Below, in pieces: positions 20,341 to 30,778 of a stretch of DNA of 64,000 nucleotides; position 1 is the first letter of the stretch, and every line of letters starts with the position of its first letter. The stretch lies in assembly GCA_965203355.1 (NCBI GenBank), contig OZ241889.1, positions 2,240,001 to 2,304,000 on the forward strand. Direction: 5' to 3'. The notes beneath the pieces were generated by a model, which was not told the DNA's origin, made no database searches, and saw only the letters and a program-made list of their open reading frames with translations. The position numbers were made by a program, and so were the translations under genes. This DNA comes from Candidatus Latescibacterota bacterium (GTDB taxonomy: Bacteria; Latescibacterota; UBA2968; UBA8231).

Positions 20341-22031
20341 TGGACTCCTCCTGTGGGGTTGTTGTTCGGGTCTAGCGCGCGGCGCAACAGGGCAAGGCCC
20401 GCGGCGATGTCCGCGCCTAAATGGATGCGGAGCACGGCCCGCCCTCGATCGATGAGAGCTTGGCGGTCGCCGAGGGCTTGGGCCTGGGCGAGGACGCCGA
20501 AGGTGATGCTAGAATCCGCCGCCCCAGCTTGGTCGGGGATCGGCGCGTCTGCGGCTGGATCGGCTGTTAGCTGAATGAAAAGTCCGCGTCCGGCGTCGCC
20601 CTTGTGGAGTTGGCCGGTCGAGTGCAGGAAGCGCGGGCCAAAGCCAAGAGTCGTGGCTAAGCCGGTGTGCGCTAGTAGCTGGCCGCGCAGGTCTTGCAGG
20701 GCTGCACAGGTCGCCGGGGTGGGTGGGAGGTGCGCTTGCAAGGCCAGGTACGCGCGGCCCGGCGTGCCGCTTGCTAGAAAGTACGCTAGGGCTTGTGGCA
20801 GGGTGTTGCCTTGCACGGGGCCGTATAGCGCGAGGCCATCGACGAGGTCCGGGGCCGGGGCGGGCAGGGCGCCGCGTTGCCGATAGGTTACCACCATCTG
20901 GCGGGCCAGTTCCTTGGCCGCCTCGACATCGGGCTGGTCGAAGGGATGGATGCCGAGGAAGAATCCGGCGATGGCTGTGGCCATTTCCCAGTGGAAGAAG
21001 GCCGCGCCGAGATCATAGGCGTCCGCTAGCTGAAGGCACAAGACCGGATGCCCGGCCGCCGCAAGAGCTTGGACGCGGGCATCGGCGGCATCGTCCAAAC
21101 GAAGATGGACGAAGATCCGGTCGGGTCCGTACGCGTGGGCGGCGCATTCAGGCTCTAAATCAACCGGCAACAGCCCCTTGCCGTCTTTGCCGGTGCTCTC
21201 GGCGATGAGTTGTTCGACCCAAGCCCCCATTGCGCGGATAGCTGGCCCAGCGATGAGGGTCATTTTGTCGCGGCCAGCGCGGGCACCTGCGCCGAGAAAG
21301 GCCCCGAGTTGGATGCCCGGTTGCGGGTCGGCGAGGGCTTGCTCGGCCCGGTTGAGGAGGTGGCCCAGATCCACGCCGATGGCACCGGCCGCAACCAAGC
21401 CATAGTACGACAGGGCCGAGTAGCGCCCGCCGATGTTGGGGTCGTTGCGGAAGATGTGGCGAAAGCCGAGGCGTTGCCCCAGGGCTTCGAGGCCGCTGCC
21501 CGGATCGGTGATGGCGGCAAAATGCCGTCCGGCTTCGGCTGGCCCGAGCGCGTCTGCGGTGCGGTTGTAGAAATACTTGAGCAAGGACAGCGTCTCTACG
21601 GTGCCGCCGGACTTGGTGGCCGGGAGCAATAGGGTGCGGGCTGGGTCGAGGGTGCGCGCCTTGGCCAAAACCGCGTCGGGCTGGGTGCTGTCGAGCACCG
21701 AGAGGTCGAGAAACCCAGCGGCCACGCCAAAAACCGCGCGAAATACTTCGGGCGCGAGGCTAGATCCGCCCATGCCCAGCAGCAGGGCGTGCGTGTAGCC
21801 ATCGGCGCGGACCGCGTCGATACATTGGCGGATGGGGCCGATGGCGTCCCGCATGACGTGCGGGCTGTCGAGCCAGCCGAGCCGATTGGCAATTTCGGTT
21901 GGGGCGGGTCGCCAGACCGTGTGATCGCGCGCGAGAATGCGGGCATAGACGCGCTCGGCCGCTAGGTGGTCGGCGGCCTGTTGCACTTGGGCGCCGAAAT
22001 CGGCCGAGGCTCGAAGGGCGGAAATCTGCAT
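20337..22031 (-). CDS. pgi: Glucose-6-phosphate isomerase (PGI domain of the Tal-Pgi type, stand-alone)
   Basis: RLGWL, LLGMGGSSL, TKSGGTVET, IGGRYSALS, QLIAESTGK, PFDQPDVE, GPRFLHSTGQLHKG. Confidence 0.88.
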   Translation of the reverse strand: MQISALRASADFGAQVQQAADHLAAERVYARILARDHTVWRPAPTEIANRLGWLDSPHVMRDAIGPIRQCIDAVRADGYTHALLLGMGGSSLAPEVFRAVFGVAAGFLDLSVLDSTQPDAVLAKARTLDPARTLLLPATKSGGTVETLSLLKYFYNRTADALGPAEAGRHFAAITDPGSGLEALGQRLGFRHIFRNDPNIGGRYSALSYYGLVAAGAIGVDLGHLLNRAEQALADPQPGIQLGAFLGAGARAGRDKMTLIAGPAIRAMGAWVEQLIAESTGKDGKGLLPVDLEPECAAHAYGPDRIFVHLRLDDAADARVQALAAAGHPVLCLQLADAYDLGAAFFHWEMATAIAGFFLGIHPFDQPDVEAAKELARQMVVTYRQRGALPAPAPDLVDGLALYGPVQGNTLPQALAYFLASGTPGRAYLALQAHLPPTPATCAALQDLRGQLLAHTGLATTLGFGPRFLHSTGQLHKGDAGRGLFIQLTADPAADAPIPDQAGAADSSITFGVLAQAQALGDRQALIDRGRAVLRIHLGADIAAGLALLRRALDPNNNPTGGVQ

Positions 22032-22394
22032 TACATGTCCTAGTGATTTGTCGGCTGCGTTGGGAGTGATTGTGCTAGTAAATCGACCGTGGTCTGGGTA
22101 GTTGTACCACTCTTTGCGGCGCAGAATCGCCTCGACTCACGTGCGAATTTACAATAGCCCTGTTCTATCGAATCGACAATCCTACCAGATTATTTCGACA
22201 TAATCCACGAAATTAAGGTTGACCTTCAGCTATACCTATACTATATGCTATACTAAAATATAGTCCTACTTTACCAACACTGAAAACCTCGTAGAATCAT
22301 CTAATTTTCCCGATTGTTCGCGTGCGTTTAACCCGGCAGCTTTTAGTCAGCAATGTGGACTAAAAAGTATTCTTAAACTCGCGTTGGGTGTTAG

Positions 22395-22454
22395 ATAGCG
22401 GTGGTCAGTGGTCAGTGGTTAGTGTCTACGGGCCACAGGCCACAGGCCACTATC
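22395..22454. repeat. Heptamer inverted-repeat hairpin with no cargo
   Basis: GATAG CGGTGGT CAGTGGT CAGTGGT TAGTGT ... GGCCACA GGCCACA GGCCACT ATC. Confidence 0.75.
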
Positions 22455-22552
22455 AGGGCCGGGGGATGTATCGCGAACCACGAAGCTAGCACCGGAACTT
22501 TGAGAATGCTGCTAAGGCTGCCCCACGCACCCAAGAATGGAAAGAATTAACC

Positions 22553-23433
22553 ATGCGCTCCCTGTGTTTCGCTTTGAGCGTCGCTTGCTTCGCCATCTCC
22601 AGCGTAGCCGCGGCCCAGTACGGCGATTTTTCGCCCGATGCGGCCGGCCGGCAAGCCTATCGCGACTATCTCCACGGTTTGGCGATGATCAAGGTTGAGG
22701 CGGGTCCGAGTTGCAGCAAGCCGTTGAGGCCATCCCCGTCGAGTCAAGTGTGCCCATCCCGGTCGAACAAGAAGCCGATTTGCGCGACTGGCTATACGAC
22801 TTCTTAGTCGCTTTTTCCGTCTCTGGCAGCGATAGCCTCGCCGCTGAATTTTATCTACGCGAAGGCGTCAGTTCGCCTGAAGCGATACAGCGAATGAAAA
22901 AGGATTTGGAAAAGGGGCCTAGCTTCAAAGATAAAGTCATGCTAAAAGCACTAAAGGCGACAGGGGTAAGTATCCCCTCCATCCCTAAGCCGGTCCCGGA
23001 CGCGGGTGATACGCCCTTGGCGATCTTACAAACCCAGCACCGGCAAAACCTCGATATAAAAGGGTGCGATTATTTTTTTAGCAACCTCTCCTTTTTCGAC
23101 AGTTCGTTTAGTGTGTTCCAACTACAAGATGAGTATGAGAGCTATGCGGCCTATGTCGAAACCCGCGGTTTGCTTCCCACAGGCTTTGTGGATTGGTCTC
23201 CTAAGTTAAAAAAAGAGATAAAGCAAAAACTAAAGGCGGGCGGGCAGGGTGTTTTCGCCCAGTTCCTATTCATCGTCGCAGAGCCTGAAGAGTCCGCCGA
23301 CTTTGAAAAAGGGGCGATACGCTACCCATTTTTCGTGCGACTCGCGTGGAGCTCCGAGCAGAATATGTGGCGGCTCGTAGAAATTTTTTCAGCTAATGAC
23401 GCGCCAGTTATATTTGTGTTCGCGGGCTTGTAA
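22553..23433 (+). pseudogene. Secreted hypothetical protein split by a frameshift near 22710
   Basis: Signal-peptide ORF from 22553 switches to the frame of 22711..23433 at CCGAGTTGCAG (one base apparently missing). Confidence 0.6.
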
Positions 23434-23582
23434 TCCAGCCTCATAGCCAATGTGCGTTCTCTTGGCGATCTTCCGAAGAGAATGTAACTTACCTAAAAAG
23501 ACGTACCCTCAAAATGAAGAAATCGCCTCGTCAATATTCATGCCGCAAAGCCGTTAGGTAACGTAAGATCGGGAGTCTGGCG

Positions 23583-25154
23583 ATGCTAGGCATTGTGTTC
23601 AAAAAAGAAATGCTCAGCCACCTGATGAGTCAGCGCTTCGCCGCTTGCACCGTGCTCGCTGTCGTGCTGATCATCGCCAACGGCGTACTCGCGATCCAGA
23701 CCTATGTCCACAAAAAGGCCAGCTATCTCACTCAGCGGACCATGGAGGAGACCAAACTACGCGAAATCCCCTATTACTCCGCTCTCGGGTGGGACACGTT
23801 GGTGTCGCCTAGCGGTTCCAAGCCCAAGGCGGCTCCTCGCGCATTGCGCGCGCCGCGTCCTTTAGCGGTGTTCGCCCAAGGCTCCGAACGCCAGTTGGGA
23901 CAGGCCGTCAAAGTCCTGCTCTTTGAAGTGCCCTACCAAGCCGAGGAAGTCTCCCCGTTCCAAGCCAGCAATCCCTATCTGGCTATCTTTGCCTTCTTCG
24001 ACATAGTGTACATCTTCCAACTCGTACTCGGCCTGCTGGCCATCCTCATCGCTAGTGAAACCATTTCCGGCGAGAAAGAAGCGGGGACGCTGCGGCTGAT
24101 GCTGACGACCCATGTCAGCCGTGCCCAAGTCTTGGTTGGCAAAGTGCTCGCGGGCCTGACCACGCTGGCCATTCCAACGGCTTTGGGCTTTATCTTGCTG
24201 CTGATCTTACTGTTGGGCACCGAGCACATTGAAGTTGGAGTCGGTGAGTGGGTGCGCGTGGGGCTGCTTTGCGCGTTGTCGCTGCTGTATTTGCTCGTGT
24301 TCTACCTGCTTGGGTTGGCGATATCGTGCGCGACTCATCGCTCGGCGACCAGCTTGATCTACGCGCTGTTTACGTGGGCGTTGCTGGCGATTATGCTGCC
24401 CAACGGCATCGCAGCCTTGCTCAACGAACAGGCCAACATGGGCGCAAAGCACAACCAAGCCCATCATCGGGCGGTACAAGTGTGGCAGGAGTTCGATCGC
24501 GAGGTCTCCGATCTTGCGCGGGCGTCCGGCCAGACCATGTACTTTCCCGCAGATATGCTCGAGCGGCTCCCGCCGACAGGGGAACGCGGGACTGTAACCT
24601 ACAATAGTGGAACTGGATCCTATTCTCTAAGAGACGGACAGACGCCCAAACTCTATCTATCTAATGTCGCCGCTTCACCGCCGCTTGCGAAATTCCAAGA
24701 CATTGTCCGCACCGGCGAGCGGCTGCGGCTGAAATACGCCCAGCGCGCCTAGAACGAAAAGGCACCTCTACTCGAAGACTTCCCCCGCCGCATCCGACGA
24801 ATCAACGACCAACTCCAACGCCTCCTGCCCGCCGGCGCATACACCCAAGCCGCCAGTATGCTCGCTGGCACCAGCCGCCGCGAATACTACGATTTTATCG
24901 GCCAAGTGCGGGCCTATCGCGGGCAGATCGTCGCCTTCCTTGAAGAGCGCGATGCGTTTGGCGCCCGCGAGTGGTTCAACGACGACGAGGGCTGGCGTGC
25001 CGACCTGCGCGACCTGCCGCGTTTTCACGAGCGCGGCTGGACCGTCGCGGAAAGCTTGCGCCACGCTTTGCCGGCTCTAACGGCCCTGTTGGTCTATGCG
25101 GCTGTGCTCTTTGGCCTCGCCAACCGGCTCTTCGCCCGCTACGATGTTGTCTGA
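23583..25154 (+). pseudogene. ABC-2 type permease interrupted by an in-frame TAG (24750-24752)
   Basis: ISGEKEAGTLRLML, GK motif; same frame continues past TAG to the permease C-terminus (DLRDLPRF...FARYDVV*). Confidence 0.8.
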
Positions 25155-25175
25155 GCTAAAAAAGGAGCTTTTCTC

Positions 25176-26627
25176 CTGTTATTTGCCATCGTAAAACGCG
25201 AACTGATCGACCACCTCCTCAGCCTGCGCTTTGGCTTAGCTCTCGTGCTAACAGTGGGATTCATGGTGCTCAACGCGCTCAGCTTTGTCGGCGGCTCCTA
25301 CGAGTTTCGCCGCGACCACTATCTCCAGCAGGTCCAAGCCCAGCGAGAAGTGGGGCGCAGCCATGCCCAACGGGGCCTGTGGAAGTTGATTCTTCACGGG
25401 AGGCAGGACTATATCTACAAAAAACCCAGCCCCCTCATGTTCTGCGCCACCGGAGCCAACGACGTCCTGCCCGAACGGCTGTGGACCCAAGGCGAAGAAA
25501 ATACCTACAATAACACCGCATTCTACGATCCCTTTGTCCTGATCTATTGGGACATCATCGACATCTGGGCCCCCAAGGCGAGCCAACTGCTGGAGACCCA
25601 AGCCATGGACTGGGTCTTTATCGTCGGCGGTCTCTTGAGCCTCATGGCCTTGTTGTTCACCTTTGACGCCTTCATCGGCGAAAAGGAGCGCGGCACCCTC
25701 AAATTGGTCATGGCCCAGAGCCTGCCGCGTCACACCTTGCTGTTGGGCAAGTTCCTCGGCGCGATGCTGGTGCTTGCCCTCGTGCTGAGTCTCGCCGTTG
25801 TGGTCAACCTGCTTCTCATCCTCGCCCTGTCGCAGGTGAACTTGGGCCTGGTCGAGGCCGGGCGCATCGTCGGCATGGTCGGCTTAGGGCTTTTATATTT
25901 GGCTTGCTTCGTCGGGTTGGGGCTGTGGGTGTCGATACGCAGCAGCACGACCAGTTCCAGTCTAGTGGGTGTGCTGTTGCTGTGGACTTGTGGGGTGTTG
26001 CTCTGGCCGGCGACCGGCGGCGCGTTAGCGGCCCGCGTGTTCGTCCGCGAATTTGAGGAGGAATTGGTGCTAGGGTTGGGCTTTGCAAACCATAACGCGC
26101 CAGTTCAGCAAAAACTCTTTGACCTTAAGAACCGTTTGCGGAACCGCGATTTGCGCAATCCCGACCAGGTGCGCCAGTTGGCCGACGCCCAGCGCGCCGT
26201 GCGCCAATTTCACCAAGATCGCGAAGATCGCTTTTTAGCCTACAGCCTCGGCGAGGTCGAAAACGCCCGCCACATCGTGCGCCTGTCGCCGACCGGCTGC
26301 TTCCAATACGGCATGGAGGCCCTCGCCGGCACTGGCCTAGCGCGCCACAAAAGTTTTGTCGAGCAGGTGCGTACTTACGTCCAGCAGTTTGAGCAGACCA
26401 TGCTAAACCGCGACCGCGACGATCCTAAAAGCATGCACATCCCCCTCGTTGCTCAAGGGCTGTCGCGGCAAAAAATGGACTCGGACACCTTGCCCGTTTT
26501 CACCGAAGACCTGTCGGCGACGACCTTGCTGCGCCACGCGGTCGTGGATGTAGTCGGGCTAGGCTTCTTCGCCATGTTCACCTATATGCTGGCCTATCGG
26601 GCGTGGCTGCGGGCCAGTATCGTCTAG
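25176..26627 (+). CDS. ABC-2 type permease (paralog) with probable CTG start
   Basis: GEKERGTLKLVMAQSLPR, LLGKFLG; AAGGAG 8 nt before CTG-TTA-TTT-GCC-ATC-GTA-AAA-CGC-GAA matches the paralog N-terminus. Confidence 0.82.
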   Translation: MLFAIVKRELIDHLLSLRFGLALVLTVGFMVLNALSFVGGSYEFRRDHYLQQVQAQREVGRSHAQRGLWKLILHGRQDYIYKKPSPLMFCATGANDVLPERLWTQGEENTYNNTAFYDPFVLIYWDIIDIWAPKASQLLETQAMDWVFIVGGLLSLMALLFTFDAFIGEKERGTLKLVMAQSLPRHTLLLGKFLGAMLVLALVLSLAVVVNLLLILALSQVNLGLVEAGRIVGMVGLGLLYLACFVGLGLWVSIRSSTTSSSLVGVLLLWTCGVLLWPATGGALAARVFVREFEEELVLGLGFANHNAPVQQKLFDLKNRLRNRDLRNPDQVRQLADAQRAVRQFHQDREDRFLAYSLGEVENARHIVRLSPTGCFQYGMEALAGTGLARHKSFVEQVRTYVQQFEQTMLNRDRDDPKSMHIPLVAQGLSRQKMDSDTLPVFTEDLSATTLLRHAVVDVVGLGFFAMFTYMLAYRAWLRASIV

Positions 26628-26629
26628 CT

Positions 26630-26664
26630 TGGTGGCTGGTGGCCGGTGGTCCGTAGCCAATCGC
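26630..26664 (+). repeat. Heptamer tandem array (left-arm type)
   Basis: TGGTGGC TGGTGGC CGGTGGT CCGTAGC directly after the permease stop. Confidence 0.6.
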
Positions 26665-26679
26665 AGCGAGAGAAACGCT

Positions 26680-26913
26680 ATGCAAGCGACACTTTACACA
26701 GACGACAGCGCGTATTTCATCCGCTTGGGCAATGGCTTGGTACTCGGCTGGTGGTGTGCGGAGGAGGGATGGAACAAGTGCCGGACCGAATTGCCGAGCG
26801 GGGCTACACAGATCGACTTCACGGCCCTGCCGAAGGCCCTGCGCGAAGAAGTGCTGGCGGTTTTGGCGCGTGCCGCCGCGCTGCCGGGGGGTATGGGCGG
26901 GGTGAACAACTGA
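26680..26913 (+). CDS. Small hypothetical protein (77 aa)
   Basis: ATG after GAGAG; protein-like sequence MQATLYTDDSAYFIRLGNG... Confidence 0.6.
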   Translation: MQATLYTDDSAYFIRLGNGLVLGWWCAEEGWNKCRTELPSGATQIDFTALPKALREEVLAVLARAAALPGGMGGVNN

Positions 26914-27144
26914 ATTGCGCGTCACTTGCGAGAGACCCGGACCGCCGCTAGCCGCTTCGCCTTGCCGCACCCGATAAGCTTGGTCCAGACCGATTTCCTG
27001 TTGCAGGATCGCGGCCGGATTTTGGTTGTGGGCGATTTGTCGCAGACGTGCGGCCATGCGCTGGGTATCGGCCGCGGACGGCCGCGCTTGTTCGGGAGCA
27101 CAGGCGGCTAGGGACACGACGAAGGCGAGAGTCGAGTAAAACAT
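26914..27144 (-). pseudogene. Possible collapsed remnant of a CRTAC1/ASPIC-UnbV-type lipoprotein
   Basis: Lipobox LAAC and DTQRMAARLRQIA N-terminus joined directly to LDQAYRVRQGEA, which resembles an ASPIC/UnbV C-terminus. Confidence 0.35.
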
Positions 27145-27151
27145 TATAGCA

Positions 27152-30100
27152 TTATAGCGTTCCTGTGATCGTCGAGCCGCTCGCGGCGGCTTTGGCCGCC
27201 ATGAGTTGGGCGACGAGATCGTCGAGGCGGGTGCGCGCTGTCGTTAGATCGGCTGGTGTGAAACGCACGAGACGCGCTTCGTCTAAGTCGGCGAAGTACA
27301 GCATGGCGCGGTATTCGCCTTGGCTTGGGTGGAGGGCCTGCAAGCAGAGCGCGTACATTTCCAACTGGAGGCGGTAGTGCTGTACAGCCGCTGCTAAATT
27401 TGCGCGGTGGCCGGTCTTGTAATCGACCAATTCCCACAGTCCGTCCGGCCCGCGCCCCATGTAATCAACCACGCCATGGACTAACCCGCGCTCCAGCGAG
27501 AGCGCAAAGCGCACTTCGGTGCGGGCCTCTGTATGGGTGCGCCAGTGCGCTGCTAAGGGCGATTGGCGACAGCGGCGCAACAGAGCGGCCAACTCGCGCT
27601 CAAACGAGGCGCGATAGGATGCGATGGGCCGCGTGGTGGCGGCGACGAGATCGGCGACCAGGGCCGCGAGGTCGGCGTCTGGGTCGTTGCTTAGGGCTTC
27701 TATACCGGCGTGTGCTAACTGGCCAAAGAGCATGGCGCGGCGGCGTGGGGCGTCTGGTTGGCCGAGCGGCCACGGCGGCAGGCCCAGCCCGTACTGGCGA
27801 TGGTGCGCGGCCGGATCGGCGGCAAATAGGACCAACTCGCTGGCGGCAAATTCGGGCCGGTCTTGGGGATCGTCGAGCGGCGACAACCGATCCAACGTTG
27901 GTTCGGCTGCTGGGGGTGCGGTGTCGAGGGCGCGAAAGGCAGGCTCGGCCCGGTGATCTGGGGTCGCGGGACTTGGGAAGGCACCGGGGTCGGTGTAGAT
28001 GGGCAAGGGGGATGGCACATCGGCGACTACCTTGGTGCCGCGTGCTAGGTCGGCTTCTGTCAATGCTAAGCTGCCGCAAATCCAACCGAGACAGTCCGCG
28101 GCCGCGTCGAGGTCGGCGTCGAGGTGCTTGTCGGTCAGTGCGCCGCCGAGCAGCAAGTGATCGCGGGCGCGCGTACAAGCCACGTACAACAGGCGCTTCT
28201 CTTCGGCGCGCTGGCGGCGGCTGGCGTTGCGATTGATGAGGGTGCGGATAAAAGAAGCGGTCCTTTTGTAATCCTGTTCGGGGTCGAGGACGCGCAAGCC
28301 GAGGCCCTTTTCCGCGTCGATGAGCGCCGGGGCGCTGTTTTGCACGTTAAATCGCGCGGCCAAGTCGGGCACGACGACGATGGGAAACTCCAAGCCCTTG
28401 GCGGCATGGACGGTCAGGATGTGCAAGGCGTCTGCATCGAGGATGGCTTCGCCTTCTTGCTGTTCTTCATCGGTCAGCAAGCCGAGGCGGGCGACGAAAT
28501 CGGCGAGTGGGCCGCGGAATTGACGGGCGAGGTCGAGGAGCTTACTCACGTTGGCCACCGTCTGATCGCCGCGCTCGCCATAGCAGAGAAAGCCCCAAGC
28601 CCCGGTGTCTTCGAGGATGGCGTGCAGCAGCTCGACGAGGGGTACGCGGTCGCGCAACGCGCCCCAGCGCTGGAGTCGGGCGACCGCGTCTGTGGCGGCC
28701 TCTTGGTCCGCTGGAGCGAGGCGGGGGTGCTGCCCGGCGTCCGCGAGATTTTTGGCGAGCCGACTGCCGTCGGGCGCGGTCAGCGCGTACAGGGCGTTAT
28801 CCGAGAGACCAAAATACGGCGAACGCAACGCGCCCATCAGGGCGATGTCATCGCCGGGATTGCACAGGACGCGGAGGATATTGGCTAGGTCGTAGATTTC
28901 TTGGCGCTGGTAGAAGCCTTGTCCGCCGGCCACTTGGAACGGGATGCCGCAGGATCGCAGCGCGTCTTCGTACGCGAAGAGATAGCGGCGGCGGCGCAGG
29001 AGCAGGGCGATGTCCCCGGGGACGGGTGGGCGCAAGCCATCTTGGTCGGCAACTTGCAGGTCGTTGCCCGCTAGCAGGTGGCTCAGACGGCGGGCGACCA
29101 ATTCGGCTTCGCGCAGCGCGGTCGCCGTGGCGTCGCGGCTGTCATCCGGCGGCAAGAGCAAAAGCTCGACCGAACCTGCACTGGCGCTCGTGGGGCGGCA
29201 CCCGATGAGCGGGTCATAGCCGACTTGAAAAGGCTCGTCTGGGACCGCTTGCATAAACTGGGGAAAGAGTGCGTTGACAAAGGCAACGGGCTGGGCGAGG
29301 GTGCGGAAGTTTTCGCCCATGACGAGCGCACCGAGCCGCTCGGTGGCGGAAGCGTTGAGGAGCTCGCCGTTGTCGCAAAAGGGCCGGGCCGCACGCTCGT
29401 GCGCGGCGTTGGCCGCGGCCATGGCGTCGCGGACGCGGGCAAATACGGTGACGTCCGCCGCGCGGAACGAGTAAATCGACTGCTTGGGATCGCCGACGAT
29501 GAAGAGTTTGTCGCCGGCCATGCGCCCGCCCGGCGACGCCAGTGCGCGGATGATTTCCCACTGCAAGGGGTCGGTGTCTTGGAATTCGTCGATCAGCGCG
29601 AAGCGATAGTGTTGGGCCAAGCGGTGGCCAATGTCTGCGTTAGTGGCGATGAGTTGGTGGCTTTTTTCTAAGAGGTCGTCCATGTCCAGCATGCGGCCGT
29701 TGCCTTTGCTGCTTTCACAGCGTGCATCGGCGCGGAGGAAAACACGCGACAGGGCGGGCAGGACGGCGGCGGCGCGCTCGTCGGCCGCGCTGAGTTCGAG
29801 GCTGAGGAGGTCGGTGTGCGGGGCTAAGCAGCGTCCCAAGGCGGGCACGAGCTGGCGGACGCGGGCGAGGGTGGCTTCCTCCCAGTTGGCCTGCTTGCCG
29901 AGGCGGCTGCCGCTCAGGGGTTTGCCATTAGTCAAAAGCCCCTCGGCTAGGCCGGGGAGGATGGCTAAAGCCTCGTCGGGCGGGGGCGTTTGGCTCAGCC
30001 GGCGCATGGCGTCGCGCAGCGGATTTAGTCGCTCAGCAGCCGAATCGCGCGCAGCGGTTAGGGGCGAGAGCGCGGCAAGTTCTGCGAGCATCGCGGTGAA

Positions 30101-30778
30101 GTGGGGGTCGTCGAGCAGGGCGCGGCACGCTGGAGCGCAGGCTGCTTGCTGCATCCTGCGCCAGTCGCTGAGGATTTGGTCGGGCGCTTGATCGGCATAG
30201 CGGCGACACCACGCGCGGGCGTGGTGCTTTTGGGCCAGCAGGTGTTCCAAAACCTGTTCGAGATAGCGGCGCGGCCATTCGGCCAAGGTGCGGCGCAGGG
30301 CCTCTTGGTCCGGGTCGGAGTCGCGGGCTAGGGCTTCGAGGGTTTGGCGCACGGCTTGGTAGCGGAGTTGCGCCGCATCGACTCCCTCTAAGACCGCGAA
30401 GGCCGGATCCACGTCTGCTTCAATGGGATACTCGCGCAGCAGGGCGGCACAAAAGGCGTGGATGGTGGAAATGCGCGCGGCGGGCAGATCTTGGCGGATC
30501 TGTCGCAGGCGCTGTCGCTCGGGCTCGGGCAGCTCTTGGTCGAGGGCGTCGGCCAACCGCCGGGCAATGCGCTCGCGCATTTCGGCCGCGGCCTTTTGGG
30601 TGAACGTGATGGCCAGCACTTGGCGCACGCTGATTGCGGGATGTTGGCGCAACAGTTCGATGTAGCGCTCGACTAGCGTTGCGGTCTTGCCGGCCCCGGC
30701 ACTGGCGGTGACCGCGATGTTGCGCTGGCTGTCGAGGGCCATGCGCTGGACTGGCGTCAGGGGGACGGCGCGTTTCAC
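27152..30778 (-). CDS. addA: AddA-type UvrD helicase/PD-(D/E)XK nuclease
   Basis: ASAGAGKT, ITFTQKAAAEM, TIHAFC, IDEFQDT, VGDPKQSIY.FR, TVHAAKGLEF, LYVACTRA, GVVD...LVDYKT. Confidence 0.93.
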   Translation of the reverse strand: MKRAVPLTPVQRMALDSQRNIAVTASAGAGKTATLVERYIELLRQHPAISVRQVLAITFTQKAAAEMRERIARRLADALDQELPEPERQRLRQIRQDLPAARISTIHAFCAALLREYPIEADVDPAFAVLEGVDAAQLRYQAVRQTLEALARDSDPDQEALRRTLAEWPRRYLEQVLEHLLAQKHHARAWCRRYADQAPDQILSDWRRMQQAACAPACRALLDDPHFTAMLAELAALSPLTAARDSAAERLNPLRDAMRRLSQTPPPDEALAILPGLAEGLLTNGKPLSGSRLGKQANWEEATLARVRQLVPALGRCLAPHTDLLSLELSAADERAAAVLPALSRVFLRADARCESSKGNGRMLDMDDLLEKSHQLIATNADIGHRLAQHYRFALIDEFQDTDPLQWEIIRALASPGGRMAGDKLFIVGDPKQSIYSFRAADVTVFARVRDAMAAANAAHERAARPFCDNGELLNASATERLGALVMGENFRTLAQPVAFVNALFPQFMQAVPDEPFQVGYDPLIGCRPTSASAGSVELLLLPPDDSRDATATALREAELVARRLSHLLAGNDLQVADQDGLRPPVPGDIALLLRRRRYLFAYEDALRSCGIPFQVAGGQGFYQRQEIYDLANILRVLCNPGDDIALMGALRSPYFGLSDNALYALTAPDGSRLAKNLADAGQHPRLAPADQEAATDAVARLQRWGALRDRVPLVELLHAILEDTGAWGFLCYGERGDQTVANVSKLLDLARQFRGPLADFVARLGLLTDEEQQEGEAILDADALHILTVHAAKGLEFPIVVVPDLAARFNVQNSAPALIDAEKGLGLRVLDPEQDYKRTASFIRTLINRNASRRQRAEEKRLLYVACTRARDHLLLGGALTDKHLDADLDAAADCLGWICGSLALTEADLARGTKVVADVPSPLPIYTDPGAFPSPATPDHRAEPAFRALDTAPPAAEPTLDRLSPLDDPQDRPEFAASELVLFAADPAAHHRQYGLGLPPWPLGQPDAPRRRAMLFGQLAHAGIEALSNDPDADLAALVADLVAATTRPIASYRASFERELAALLRRCRQSPLAAHWRTHTEARTEVRFALSLERGLVHGVVDYMGRGPDGLWELVDYKTGHRANLAAAVQHYRLQLEMYALCLQALHPSQGEYRAMLYFADLDEARLVRFTPADLTTARTRLDDLVAQLMAAKAAASGSTITGTL

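Noticed and set aside
24750-24752. Genome-wide TAG recoding or pyrrolysine
   Set aside because: TAG is the normal stop of many clear genes here (dnaK, gnd, ribB); there is only one internal case
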